A DNA stretch of 64,000 nucleotides from an uncultured bacterium (GTDB taxonomy: Bacteria > Planctomycetota > UBA1135 > GCA-002686595), in the NCBI GenBank assembly GCA_943787795.1, contig CALSNU010000006.1:480001-544000 (forward strand), read 5' to 3'. The notes beneath the pieces were generated by a model. It was not told the origin of the DNA and ran no database searches. It worked only from the letters and a program-made list of their open reading frames with translations. The translations under genes and the position numbers were made by a program. Shown here piece by piece: positions 11,377-20,724 of this stretch; within the stretch, counting starts at the first letter, position 1; every line of letters starts with the position of its first letter.

Positions 11377-12582
11377 TCAGCGGCGCGCGGAGCTACCCGC
11401 GAGAACCTCGATGCGACCGATGTCGATCACCGGCGGCGTCGCGCCGGTGGTTGCGGTCGCCATCACGAACGGCTGGATCTCCACGCCGAGGATGCCAAGG
11501 TCATGTCCCTCGAAGAAGGAGAGGTCATACCGTCGCGAGTTGCAGACCACCTCGGCCACGGTCTCTCCGGCGAAGGAGAGGAACCACGCCTCGCGCCCGT
11601 CCACCGTCTTTAGCTCGAGCCACCCGCGCTCACGGAAGCGACCCTGAAGGGCGGAGGCCCGGGCTTCGCGGGTCTCGAGGTACGCGTTGACCTTCGACAG
11701 CTCGGCGTCGTGCTTGAGAGCCTGGTGATTGACATCCTCACGCAGGCTCGCGAGCTCCATGCGAGCGACCGCGGTCCGGTGACGGGTGCGCGCGTTCTGG
11801 AGCGTGATCGTCCCTTCCGGGGCGGACGCGATCACGGCGTCGTACGCCACGACGACGCCGCGCCAGTCCTCGGAGGTCGGGGACCGAAGCTCGATCACGC
11901 GATCGAACTCCGCGTCAGCCTGGGTGAGCTGAAGGGCGGTCTCCTCGGTGATCGTGGGCACGGCGACCTTGCGCTGGGTCGACTCGGACTTCGCCGCTCT
12001 GGCCGTACTCTTCTTGGTCGGCAGGGGCACAGCCGCCGCCTTCCACGCCACGCCGCCCTCGGAGCGATCCACGGGCGTGAGCAGGGACGCCTCGACCCAC
12101 GCTCTCGTGTTCGCGGGCGCCTGGATCAGGACCCAGTCCTCCCCAAGCGAAGCCGCCTTGTTCGCGCGCTTCAGCAGCTTGACCCGCTGACCGGCATTGA
12201 GCTTGGACGAGCGCAGCGGCATGGCGCCGGGGGCAAGGTCCGGGCTCGGACGCATGTTCACCCGCGACCCCGAGACCACGAGGACCCCTTCGACGCTGGT
12301 GGGCTGCAGGTACTTGCCGAAGACCCACACCGGGAACCCGCCACCGACCTCGACCTCCCGGAAGGGAGGGATGCCCTGGCTGGTGGAGAAGGCGCGCACG
12401 ATGGCGCCCGCCTCGACCTCGATGAAGGAGGAGCCGTTGCGGTCCGGGAAGTTGCGGATCGGCGCGGTTCCCGTGGTCCGATAGAACTCGCCGTCCTGCG
12501 CGGGCGCGGAGGCGGATGTCGGCTGTGCGAATGCGAAGGCCGTGGCGAGGATCGCCGCCACGGCGAGGATGCGGTGCTTCAT
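11377..12582 (-). CDS. Secreted hypothetical protein with SH3-like regions and a helical C-terminal half
   Basis: Signal peptide MKHRILAVAAILATAFAFA; SH3b-like VNMRPSP...WVLI...AWV pattern. Confidence 0.75.
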   Translation of the reverse strand: MKHRILAVAAILATAFAFAQPTSASAPAQDGEFYRTTGTAPIRNFPDRNGSSFIEVEAGAIVRAFSTSQGIPPFREVEVGGGFPVWVFGKYLQPTSVEGVLVVSGSRVNMRPSPDLAPGAMPLRSSKLNAGQRVKLLKRANKAASLGEDWVLIQAPANTRAWVEASLLTPVDRSEGGVAWKAAAVPLPTKKSTARAAKSESTQRKVAVPTITEETALQLTQADAEFDRVIELRSPTSEDWRGVVVAYDAVIASAPEGTITLQNARTRHRTAVARMELASLREDVNHQALKHDAELSKVNAYLETREARASALQGRFRERGWLELKTVDGREAWFLSFAGETVAEVVCNSRRYDLSFFEGHDLGILGVEIQPFVMATATTGATPPVIDIGRIEVLAGSSARR

Positions 12583-12880
12583 GTTGGATTCCCCTCTCTG
12601 ATACCCCTCGATGCGCGGGCCCCGACACGTGCGGTGCGGAGGGATAGGGACCCGAGCGTGAACAGAGGCGCGACCTGCGCCTCGCGGTGAACTCTAGAGA
12701 TCGGAGACACCCCATTCCAGCCACAGCAGCCGGTCCTGGGACGCCTTCGGGGGCCTGCGGACCGCCGGAGCCCCCCCAGAGGAGGCTGGCCGCAGGATTT
12801 TGGGGCCCAGGACTCCCCCTCGGGGGCTGGATGCGAGCCGGGAGGGGGACTAATCTTTCGGCGCCCAAGGGGGTGTCACC

Positions 12881-13264
12881 ATGCGAGAGTTCCTTCGAGC
12901 CAAGATCCACCGCGCCACCGTGACGGAGGCCAACCTCGATTACATGGGCTCCGTGACCATCGACTCCGAGCTGATGGAGCGCGTCGACATCCAGGCCTAC
13001 GAGAAGGTCCTCATCGTGGACAACACGAACGGCGCCCGCCTCGAGACCTACGCCATCCCCGGTGAGCCGGGGTCGGGGGTGCTCTGCATCAACGGCGCCG
13101 CCGCGCACCTCGTCAACGCTGGCGACCAGGTCATCTTGATGGCCTTCAGCTACGGAGACGCGGCGGGGAAGCCCCGACAGATCCTCGTGGATGAGCGCAA
13201 CGCCTACGTCCGTGAGATCGAGCCCGCCGAGCGCGGCGTCATCGAGCCGACGCCGGCCCCCTGA
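12881..13264 (+). CDS. panD: Aspartate 1-decarboxylase PanD
   Basis: [16 protein letters not shown] (G-S self-cleavage site), [14 protein letters not shown]. Confidence 0.97.
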   Translation: MREFLRAKIHRATVTEANLDYMGSVTIDSELMERVDIQAYEKVLIVDNTNGARLETYAIPGEPGSGVLCINGAAAHLVNAGDQVILMAFSYGDAAGKPRQILVDERNAYVREIEPAERGVIEPTPAP

Positions 13265-13379
13265 GCTCGAACGGCCCGCCTTGCTGGTCCCAGGGGGCCC
13301 CGGCCCACGGCCCGGCCCACGGCCCGGCCAAGATCAACGCCAAGACCCCAGGCCGCTGACGTCCGGTTCGCCTGGCTCC

Positions 13380-13469
13380 GGCCCGCGGAGATTCGGCCCG
13401 CTGAGATTGGGCCCGCGGAGGTTCCGCCTGCTGAGGTTCGGCCTGCTGATGCCTGGCTCGCCGAGGCCT
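13380..13469. repeat. 15-bp drifting tandem array x6
   Basis: ggcccgcggagattc / ggcccgctgagattg / ggcccgcggaggttc / cgcctgctgaggttc / ggcctgctgatgcct / ggctcgccgaggcct. Confidence 0.85.
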
Positions 13470-13484
13470 AGCTTGCCGCTCCAC

Positions 13485-13557
13485 CGGCGCTCGAAGGACG
13501 CGGCGCTCGAAGGACGCGGCGCTCGAACGACGCGACGCTCGAAGGACGCGGCGCTCA
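13485..13557. repeat. 16-bp tandem array x4.5 ending on the larC stop codon
   Basis: cggcgctcgaaggacg x4 (2 substitutions in total), then cggcgctca, which contains the larC stop. Confidence 0.9.
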
Positions 13558-14847
13558 GGCGGGCCCGGCACGCGCGGCCTCTGCGACCGCGAGGGCGTGG
13601 GCCTCACGCAGCGGAATGTCCAGGTGGCGCGCGAGGCGCACCGCATCGTCGTGCTCGCAGAACAGATCCCGCTCGCCCTCCGGGCTCCGCCCGGCGTAGG
13701 GCGGACGAAGGCGCTCCTTGACCCGGAGCTCGACCCCGTCCACGGTCACCTTGCGGGTGCGGCGTCCAGCCTCGATCCGCTGGGCGGCCGACCAGCGCAC
13801 GCCGAAGGTCGACGAGCGCTCAAAGAGCAGGGCCGCCATCGCCGGACGCTGCTCAGGCCGAACCAGCGCCGTGAGCACGACGCCGGGCCGGTCCTTCTTC
13901 ATGAAGATCGGGGCCGTCCATACCTCCAAGGCCCCCGCCCCACGCAGCCCCGCCACGAGATCCCCGATCGCCTCCGCAGACATGTCGTCGAGGTTCACAC
14001 GGACCTCCTCGACGTCTCCATCGACGTCACCGATGTCGCCGCCGCGCTCTCGAGACTCGGAGGCTTCCCCGAGCTGGACCCGAAGCAGATTGGGCGGCCC
14101 CTCCTTCGGGTCGCGGGTGCCCGCGCCGTACCCCACCCGCTCGACCCTCCACTCCTGCGAAGGGAGCTCGAAGGTGGAGACGCCGTCACCTCGTCCGAGC
14201 GCCCCCATCTCGGCCAGTAGCGCAGCGCCCGTCGGGGTGCAGCGCTCGCCCCCACCGCCGCCCACGCGCTGAGGTAGCCCGCGCAGGAGCTCGGCGGTCG
14301 CGGGCGCGGGGACCGGCATCTCCCCGTGGGCGCAGGTGACGGTGCCGGCGCCAAGGATCGGGGGAGAGATGTAGACGCGGCCGACGTCGAGACGGTCCAG
14401 CGCGAGGGCTGCGCCCCCGACGTCCACCAGCGTGTCCACGGCCCCGACCTCGTGGAAGTGCACCTCCTGGGGACTGCACCCGTGCACGCGGCCCTCGGCC
14501 TCCGCAATGCGCGTCAGCACCCGCACCGCGAAGTGCCTCGCCCGCGCGGACAGCTTCGACCGCCCGAGGATCAAGGTCAGGTCAGCGAGCCCGCGGTGCG
14601 GGGCCTGGCCCGTCTCGGGCGTCCGGACGTCGAGGTGCTTTCCCGAGAGGGAGCCTCTCCAGACCGTCTCCGACGCGAACGCAGCCTCCCCTGGCAGCAG
14701 GTCCTCAGCGAACTCGACGAGGTCCTCGAGTTGAAAACGGGGATCCTCGAGACCCAGCAGCCCTGCGAGGAACATGTCCCCCGCCATCCCCCCGAAGGGC
14801 TCCACGAGGAGCATCCCGCCCCCTTGATCCACGTCTGCGCTTGCCAT
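13555..14847 (-). CDS. larC: Nickel pincer cofactor biosynthesis protein LarC
   Basis: GMAGDMFLAGL, AEAEGRVHG, VHFHEVGAVDT, HGEMPVPAPAT, TPTGAA, NLDD, MKKDRPG, STFGVR. Confidence 0.92.
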   Translation of the reverse strand: MASADVDQGGGMLLVEPFGGMAGDMFLAGLLGLEDPRFQLEDLVEFAEDLLPGEAAFASETVWRGSLSGKHLDVRTPETGQAPHRGLADLTLILGRSKLSARARHFAVRVLTRIAEAEGRVHGCSPQEVHFHEVGAVDTLVDVGGAALALDRLDVGRVYISPPILGAGTVTCAHGEMPVPAPATAELLRGLPQRVGGGGGERCTPTGAALLAEMGALGRGDGVSTFELPSQEWRVERVGYGAGTRDPKEGPPNLLRVQLGEASESRERGGDIGDVDGDVEEVRVNLDDMSAEAIGDLVAGLRGAGALEVWTAPIFMKKDRPGVVLTALVRPEQRPAMAALLFERSSTFGVRWSAAQRIEAGRRTRKVTVDGVELRVKERLRPPYAGRSPEGERDLFCEHDDAVRLARHLDIPLREAHALAVAEAARAGPA

Positions 14848-15034
14848 GCCGATGAGGGTAACCCGTGGGCCCAGGCGCCGTGCCATCCGAACCCGCCCGC
14901 GGCCGCTCGCCGGCATCGCCAAGGGGTTTCGCCGAGGGGTTTCGCCAAGGCGTCTCGCCGAGGAGACCCGACCCGGAGGTCGGTCATGGAGACCGCCCCC
15001 CCCGGGAGCAGGCTTCTTGCTTGGCCCTCTAGCC

Positions 15035-15078
15035 CGGCCGGCTAGATCGGCCGGCTAGATCAGCCGGCTAGATCGGCC
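15035..15078. repeat. 13-bp tandem array x3.4
   Basis: cggccggctagat repeats between comF and larC. Confidence 0.85.
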
Positions 15079-15123
15079 CACGAGGTCGAGACAGCGGTTC
15101 AGTACGGACGATCCGGGCGGCGA

Positions 15124-16305
15124 TCAGGCCCGGGCCAAGGCCAGGACCCGAACCCGCCCAGCCCCCGCTGCCCTGAGAGTTCGCGCGCAGGCGTCCGCGG
15201 TCGCCCCGCTGGTGAGCACATCGTCCACCAACCACACGTCGGCGCCCCCCAGCGGACGCCCCTTGAAGCGAAAGGCCCCGCGGACGTTGCTCCTCCTGGT
15301 CGCCGCGCCCGCGGAGCCCTGGGCCGGCGTGGCGCGGCGCCTGCGGAGGACGGACGCGGCGCGCCCGACGCCCCGGAGCTCGAGCTCGCGCGCGAGGAGG
15401 CGCGGGGGATCATGTCCGCGCTCAAGGCTGCGCGACACATGCGAGGGCACGGGGACGAGGAGGTCAAAGGGGCCGGGCCCCATGATCCCGGGTGCTCGCG
15501 CCTCGCCTCGGTTTCGGCGTCGACCCCCGCCGTGAACTCTGCCGTGAACTTTGCCGAGCTCTTTGCCGAGCTCTTTGCCGAGCTCTCTGCCGAGCGGCTG
15601 GCCACAGGCCCCGTCGCTCGAACGGGCCTCCTTTGGGCCGGCCAGGGGCTCGGCGGACGCCGCCAACCTCGAGGCGCGTCCGGCCCGACCAGGGACGCCC
15701 CCCGTCTCGGCAGCGGTCCCTTCGGAGGGCTGTTCCGCCATCACCTGATCCATCACCTGATCCAGGGCCTGCACCATCGCCTGGGCCAGAGGCGCAGCAA
15801 GATCTCGCCGGCCGCCGTGCTTGAAGGCGAGGATCGCACCGCGGACCGCGACGTCGCTGTAGGGAAAGGGCGCGACCACGCTGGCGAACGCGGGGCTCCA
15901 CCTTCGGCAGCCGGCGCATCGCGTGCCGCCCGCCATCCCAGGCGGGAGACGCCCAGCGCACCGCCCGCACCGTGGGCCCGCGAGGCCCGGCCTGAGCTGA
16001 TGGGATGGGCACCACGCCGCAGGCTCAAGAGTCGGCCCAAGAGTAGGTCCAGCAGCAGGCCCACCAGCAGGCCCAGCAACAAACTCAGCAGCAAACTCAG
16101 CAGCAGACTCAGCAGATGTCGCAAGAGCCGCAGCAGCAGAGCCTTCATCCGGGGCCAGCCTCCCCGACCCCGTGCCACCCAGCACTCGGGACCAGCGCGC
16201 ATCGGGGACCGCTGGCGAAGGATCCACCCCCCGCCCGCAGAGCCAGCACCTCGCAGGCCAGACCCCCTCGGTGAAGTCGGTCCAGAGGTCCCTCGCGATG
16301 CCCAT
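15124..16305 (-). CDS. comF: ComF family protein (zinc ribbon + phosphoribosyltransferase fold) with low-complexity insertions
   Basis: CWLC, CGRC, CAGC; AFKHGG; VPVPSH..RG; RRSNVRGAF; LVDDVLTSGATA PRPP-binding motif. Confidence 0.85.
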   Translation of the reverse strand: MGIARDLWTDFTEGVWPARCWLCGRGVDPSPAVPDARWSRVLGGTGSGRLAPDEGSAAAALATSAESAAEFAAEFVAGPAGGPAAGPTLGPTLEPAAWCPSHQLRPGLAGPRCGRCAGRLPPGMAGGTRCAGCRRWSPAFASVVAPFPYSDVAVRGAILAFKHGGRRDLAAPLAQAMVQALDQVMDQVMAEQPSEGTAAETGGVPGRAGRASRLAASAEPLAGPKEARSSDGACGQPLGRELGKELGKELGKVHGRVHGGGRRRNRGEARAPGIMGPGPFDLLVPVPSHVSRSLERGHDPPRLLARELELRGVGRAASVLRRRRATPAQGSAGAATRRSNVRGAFRFKGRPLGGADVWLVDDVLTSGATADACARTLRAAGAGRVRVLALARA

Positions 16306-16324
16306 GCTCGCAGGACGAATCAAC

Positions 16325-16385
16325 CGAGCCGTGGTGTCGAGCCGTGGTGTCGAGCCGTGGTGTCGAGCCGTGGTGTCGAGCCGTG
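16325..16385. repeat. 13-bp perfect tandem array x4.7 upstream of comF
   Basis: cgagccgtggtgt x4 plus a partial copy. Confidence 0.95.
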
Positions 16386-16524
16386 AAGCCGAGCCCGATC
16401 CATCACCCTGGGCGTCACGCGCCCCTTGGCCTCGAGAGCGCCGCTTGGCCCTTGGAGCGGCCCGGGAGCCCAGAGCGTGACCCGTGGCAAGACCCAGGCG
16501 AGGACGGGCAGGCCTCGGGTCCCC

Positions 16525-17181
16525 TCAGATCGCTTCTTCGGCGGCCTCGAGGTCGAAGTCCTCGGGGAGCCCGCGGGCGATCCCGAGCTGGGTCACGCCG
16601 CGACGCTCGGCCGGGGCGCGCTCCTCCGCGGGGGCCTGCTGAGGGAGGCCCGTCTCTCGGATGAGGCGGCCCACGTAGTCCTCAACGGTGTCGTCCTCGC
16701 TCGACTCGACTCCGAACAGGTCCCCGACCTCGCGGGCCATGGTGGGCTCGGCGCGGAAGTCCCTGGGGTTCTGGTTGAAGTACTCCCGGACGTAGCGGCG
16801 GAAGGCCCAGACCGACCACCACCAGCCGCTGAACAGCAGGGCGATCGCGGCGGCGACGATTACCCCCACCCAGACCATGTTGAGCGGAGGCCCCTCGGGG
16901 CCCGCCGTCCTGAACTGCCCCACCAGCTGAAGCCCGAAGCCCGTCAGCAGGAAGGCGAACCCCAGGGTGGTCTGGACTCGGTTGTAGACGTACTCGCGCA
17001 CCGACTGCAGCCGGCCGTAGCTGCGCCCGAAGTAGCGAGCGACGAGCGAGCGGGGGTGCTCGAAGAGGGTCGAGTTGGCGATCAAGAAGGCGCCAATGAT
17101 GCAGAGGACCAGGCCAAGAGAGGTCCAGTCGGCGGCCCCGAAGAGGTCGTCGTCAGGGCGGATCAGGGCCAGGATCAACAT
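16525..17181 (-). CDS. Hypothetical membrane protein (~3 TM)
   Basis: Three hydrophobic segments and an acidic tail. Start chosen at MLILAL. Confidence 0.7.
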   Translation of the reverse strand: MLILALIRPDDDLFGAADWTSLGLVLCIIGAFLIANSTLFEHPRSLVARYFGRSYGRLQSVREYVYNRVQTTLGFAFLLTGFGLQLVGQFRTAGPEGPPLNMVWVGVIVAAAIALLFSGWWWSVWAFRRYVREYFNQNPRDFRAEPTMAREVGDLFGVESSEDDTVEDYVGRLIRETGLPQQAPAEERAPAERRGVTQLGIARGLPEDFDLEAAEEAI

Positions 17182-17341
17182 GGGGGAAAGGTAGAACCCC
17201 GAACGGGGCGGGGCAAGCGAGGGCACAAAAAGGCCCAGCAGACGGGATCCCAGGGGGGCTCGACTGGCTCCGGGGGGGAGTCGCTTGAAGTGAGGACCGG
17301 CCGGGAACAAGCTTCAGGCGGGCATCCTGCCCCACAAGCCC

Positions 17342-18118
17342 ATGAAGATCCACGAACCGAACGCTGAGCTGACCGCGCGACAGGACTGGACCGACGGGCT
17401 GGCGACCTTCTCCGTCCGCCCCCTGGACTGGGAGTTCCCGTCCTTTGTCCCCGGCCAGTTCACCAACCTCGCGCTGCCCGAAGGCGAGGACTGGGACACC
17501 GAGACCGGCGCCAACATCCGGCGCGCATATTCGATCGCGTCCGTCCCAGGCGCCGAGACGGTCGACTTCTTCATCCGGCGCGTGGACGGCGGAGCCCTGA
17601 CCCCGAAGCTCTTCGAGCTCCCCATCGGCGGCAAGCTCTTCCTCGAGCCGCGCTGCGCCGGCCACTTCACCCTCGCCGGCGCCACCGACAGCGAGGACCT
17701 CATCCTGGTGGGTACCGGCACCGGCGTGGCCCCCTACCGGCCCATGCTGCTCGACCGCGCCTCCCGGGAACGCTTCGGCCGCACGATCATCCTCTACAGC
17801 GACCGGTACGTCCGGGACCTCGGCTACGTGGAGGAGTTCCGCGAGATGGAGGACGAGAGCTTCCGGTTCTTCCCGACGATCACCGGGGAGGAGCCCGCCG
17901 ACGCCTGGGATGGGCTGCGCGGTCGGGTCAACAAGTTCCTCGACCCCGAGGCCTTTGAGGCGCTGACCGGCAAGCCGCTCAGCCCCGATCGTTGCCAGGT
18001 CTTCCTCTGCGGTAACCCGCAGATGATCGTGGACGTGCAGGAGAAGCTCTCCCCCCTTGGCTTCCAGCGACACCGCAAGCGAGACCCGGGCCAGCTCCAC
18101 ATGGAGAAGTACTGGTAG
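17342..18118 (+). CDS. fpr: Ferredoxin(flavodoxin)-NADP+ reductase
   Basis: RRAYSIAS, GTGTGVAPY, FLCGNPQMI, C-terminal EKYW. Confidence 0.93.
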   Translation: MKIHEPNAELTARQDWTDGLATFSVRPLDWEFPSFVPGQFTNLALPEGEDWDTETGANIRRAYSIASVPGAETVDFFIRRVDGGALTPKLFELPIGGKLFLEPRCAGHFTLAGATDSEDLILVGTGTGVAPYRPMLLDRASRERFGRTIILYSDRYVRDLGYVEEFREMEDESFRFFPTITGEEPADAWDGLRGRVNKFLDPEAFEALTGKPLSPDRCQVFLCGNPQMIVDVQEKLSPLGFQRHRKRDPGQLHMEKYW

Positions 18119-18142
18119 GGAAAGGCGTCCTGCCGACGGACC

Positions 18143-19621
18143 TCAGCGGGGCACGAGGAGCAATCGGGGACCGATGGGCGCGCCCGTCGGAGGGACCACC
18201 GGCTTCTGGCCGGCGATCGCGCCCGAGTCGAGCCGCTCCTCGACCCGGTAGTTCCGGGTGAGCGCATCCAAGCTGGCCCAGACACTCAGCTCCACCCCGA
18301 GCACGATCGCGGCGAAGCGGCGCCCGTCCAGGCTGGCGGAGAGGTCCTCGAAGAACACCTCTGCCTCCTCGCGCTCCCGGCTCTTGAGCAGGTCCGCGAT
18401 CGCCATGGCATGGACCCCACCGGGCCCCCGGCCGTCGATGGACCCGTGGGGCTGCCAGACCGGGCCCTCTATTGCGCTGACGCGCTCATCGAGCTCCGCG
18501 AGCCGAGCCTGCTCCGCATCCCCAGGCAGGGCCGCGCCGGGGTGACAGAGGATCAGCCACGGGAACAGCGCGAGCGCCAGCGCCGCGGCCACCCGAGGCC
18601 GCACCGTGGCCGCGCGTGCCGCGATGGGCCCCGCCGCCCAGGCCAGGGCCAAGGCCGCCGGGAGCAAGGTGTTCCGGTATCCCCCTTCGTGGGCTCGGCC
18701 AGCCCAGGCGACCGCGACCAGCGCCAGCAGACTGCACCACTCCGCAGGGTGCATGGGCTCCGAGGCCGGGGCCCCGCGGGGCGCGCGGCTGGCTAGCCAC
18801 GTGAGGACCAGGAGCGGGGCCCAGGCGAGCAGGAGGTCCGGCAGGAAGCCCACCGCTGCGGGCCTGTTGAGGGGGCTCCCGGCGAGCACCGAGAACACAT
18901 GAAACCCGAACCACCCGTCGGTGGAACGCTCCAGGGCGAGGACGGCTCCGGTGAGCACGACGGCAGCAACGAAACCCGCCGCCAGCCCAGCGGCGCGCGA
19001 ACCGCGCCGCACGCAGAGCCCGACGATCAACCCCACCAGCGGCCCGAGGGCGGTCTGCTTGGCGAGGACCGCCGCGGCCCCCAGCAGCCCCGCCGCCGCG
19101 CCCCAGGCGGGCCGCCCTGCCAGCGACCGGGGGGAGGTCCCCACCAGCATCGACGCCGCCGTCAGGGCCAGGGCGAGGGAGTCCACCCGCGCGATCAGCG
19201 TCCAGGTCCCCGTCCAGCCGTCGGCGGCCACGAACAGGCCCGCCCCCATGAGCCCCGCGGCCAGGCCGGCGCGCCTGCGCCCCGCCAGCACCAGGCTGGC
19301 GAGCGCGAGCATGAGCGAGAGGGCCGAGACGGACCGGAGGTCACTCAGCGCACCGCCTCCCCCGCCGATGAAGAGGGCGCCGAGCCAGTGGAAGAGCGGC
19401 GGGTATGGGAAGGCGGTGAAGTCCACCGAGGGCTGCTGGTAGACCGGTAGCCCCTGAGCCGCCCGTGACGCGTGCTCGAACATGGCGGACTCCTGCCACT
19501 CGAGCGCGAAGGGGTATTGGATCCAATCCTGAGCGCCGAGCCACCAGAACGTCAGCCACGCCACGGCAGCCGCAGCGCCTAGCCTGACCGCCAGGGGGGG
19601 AGCGGCTTGTTCGGGCTCCAT
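18143..19621 (-). CDS. GT-C fold (ArnT/PMT-like) integral membrane glycosyltransferase
   Basis: Multi-TM; EWQE, YPPLFHW, ARVD, AVLAKQT motifs. Confidence 0.7.
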   Translation of the reverse strand: MEPEQAAPPLAVRLGAAAAVAWLTFWWLGAQDWIQYPFALEWQESAMFEHASRAAQGLPVYQQPSVDFTAFPYPPLFHWLGALFIGGGGGALSDLRSVSALSLMLALASLVLAGRRRAGLAAGLMGAGLFVAADGWTGTWTLIARVDSLALALTAASMLVGTSPRSLAGRPAWGAAAGLLGAAAVLAKQTALGPLVGLIVGLCVRRGSRAAGLAAGFVAAVVLTGAVLALERSTDGWFGFHVFSVLAGSPLNRPAAVGFLPDLLLAWAPLLVLTWLASRAPRGAPASEPMHPAEWCSLLALVAVAWAGRAHEGGYRNTLLPAALALAWAAGPIAARAATVRPRVAAALALALFPWLILCHPGAALPGDAEQARLAELDERVSAIEGPVWQPHGSIDGRGPGGVHAMAIADLLKSREREEAEVFFEDLSASLDGRRFAAIVLGVELSVWASLDALTRNYRVEERLDSGAIAGQKPVVPPTGAPIGPRLLLVPR

Positions 19622-19627
19622 CGCGGC

Positions 19628-20602
19628 CTACTCGAAGGAGGCCGTCGCGGAGTACTCTCCCTCGAAGTACTGGACCTGCTTCACGGACTGGTCCCCCATG
19701 GTCTGGGTGTTCGAGGTGTTCATCTCGACGTCCGCCTCCATCTCCATGGAGATGGCGATGCCGGCCTCCATGTTCCAGAGCAGGGTGCCGGAGACGTCAA
19801 AGGAGAACTCGAAGCCCTGCTGGAGCTCGAGCCCCTCAGGGGCCCCCTCGGGAGTCTCGCGGTCGAGCTCGATCTCCGTGTCCACGACCCCCTCGAAGAC
19901 CACCTCGGCGACGCCGTCCTCGATGGACTTGAGGGTCACCTCGAAGTCCCCGCTCAGATTGTCCTCGAACTGCTCACCGAACTCGTTGTCGTCGTCCGAC
20001 TCATCCTCCGAGTCGATCTTGAGGTCACCGGAGGGAGACGTGATGAGCGTGAAGACCTCCGCCTCGACCTCCCAGCTGTCGCCCACCTCGACCTCCTCGC
20101 CAGGGAACATGAAGAGGAAATCCGCGTCGCCCTCGAGGTCCTCGAGCAGGTCCTCGTCCCCTTCCTCGTCTTCACCAAAGGCCGCGGCATAGACCTCCTC
20201 GTCGGCGTCCCAGGCGAACACCACCGTGACCCCCGTGAGCTCGCTCTCACCCTCGGTGGCCTCCTCGCCCCCCTCGCCGTCCGGCATGCTCACCGTCTGG
20301 GTGCTGGAGTCCTCAAGGGTGTCGAAGGTCCGGGCAATCTTGGTCCCGCGTCCGTCCTCCACGGCGAGGTACTCGTCCGTGAACACCACCAGCTCGTTGT
20401 CCTCGATGGTCACCTCGGGGAGCTGATCCTCGGGGACCTCTTGCTCCTCGTCGCCGAACTCGATGCTGATGCTCTGCAGCTCCATCTTGAGGGCGTTCTC
20501 GTAGGTCTTCGTCACCTTGGTCCCGGCGTCCACCGCCACGGAGGGCGTGTCTGAAAGGAAGAGCGCAGGAGCGAGGAGAGCGAGGGCGAAGGCTTGATGC
20601 AT
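19628..20602 (-). CDS. Highly acidic secreted hypothetical protein
   Basis: Signal peptide, very high D/E content, beta-strand-like alternation. Confidence 0.8.
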   Translation of the reverse strand: MHQAFALALLAPALFLSDTPSVAVDAGTKVTKTYENALKMELQSISIEFGDEEQEVPEDQLPEVTIEDNELVVFTDEYLAVEDGRGTKIARTFDTLEDSSTQTVSMPDGEGGEEATEGESELTGVTVVFAWDADEEVYAAAFGEDEEGDEDLLEDLEGDADFLFMFPGEEVEVGDSWEVEAEVFTLITSPSGDLKIDSEDESDDDNEFGEQFEDNLSGDFEVTLKSIEDGVAEVVFEGVVDTEIELDRETPEGAPEGLELQQGFEFSFDVSGTLLWNMEAGIAISMEMEADVEMNTSNTQTMGDQSVKQVQYFEGEYSATASFE

Positions 20603-20724
20603 CGGGGCTGCGAAGGAGATTCGATCTAGATGAGCGCGCCGCGGAGCGCGGGGCGGCGTGAGGCCAGATGGTAGCCTCGCTCGGCCGCCAGCCTCTCGGT
20701 CACACGCGAAGATTCCCGGGGCGA

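Noticed and set aside
10679..11647. 322-aa, 175-aa and 182-aa ORFs with pentapeptide-like repeats
   Set aside because: The repeats are translations of the DNA tandem array, and the 57-aa minus-strand ORF explains the coding signal better.
12690..12880. Possible regulatory RNA leader upstream of panD
   Set aside because: Only generic GC-rich hairpins; no recognisable conserved motif.
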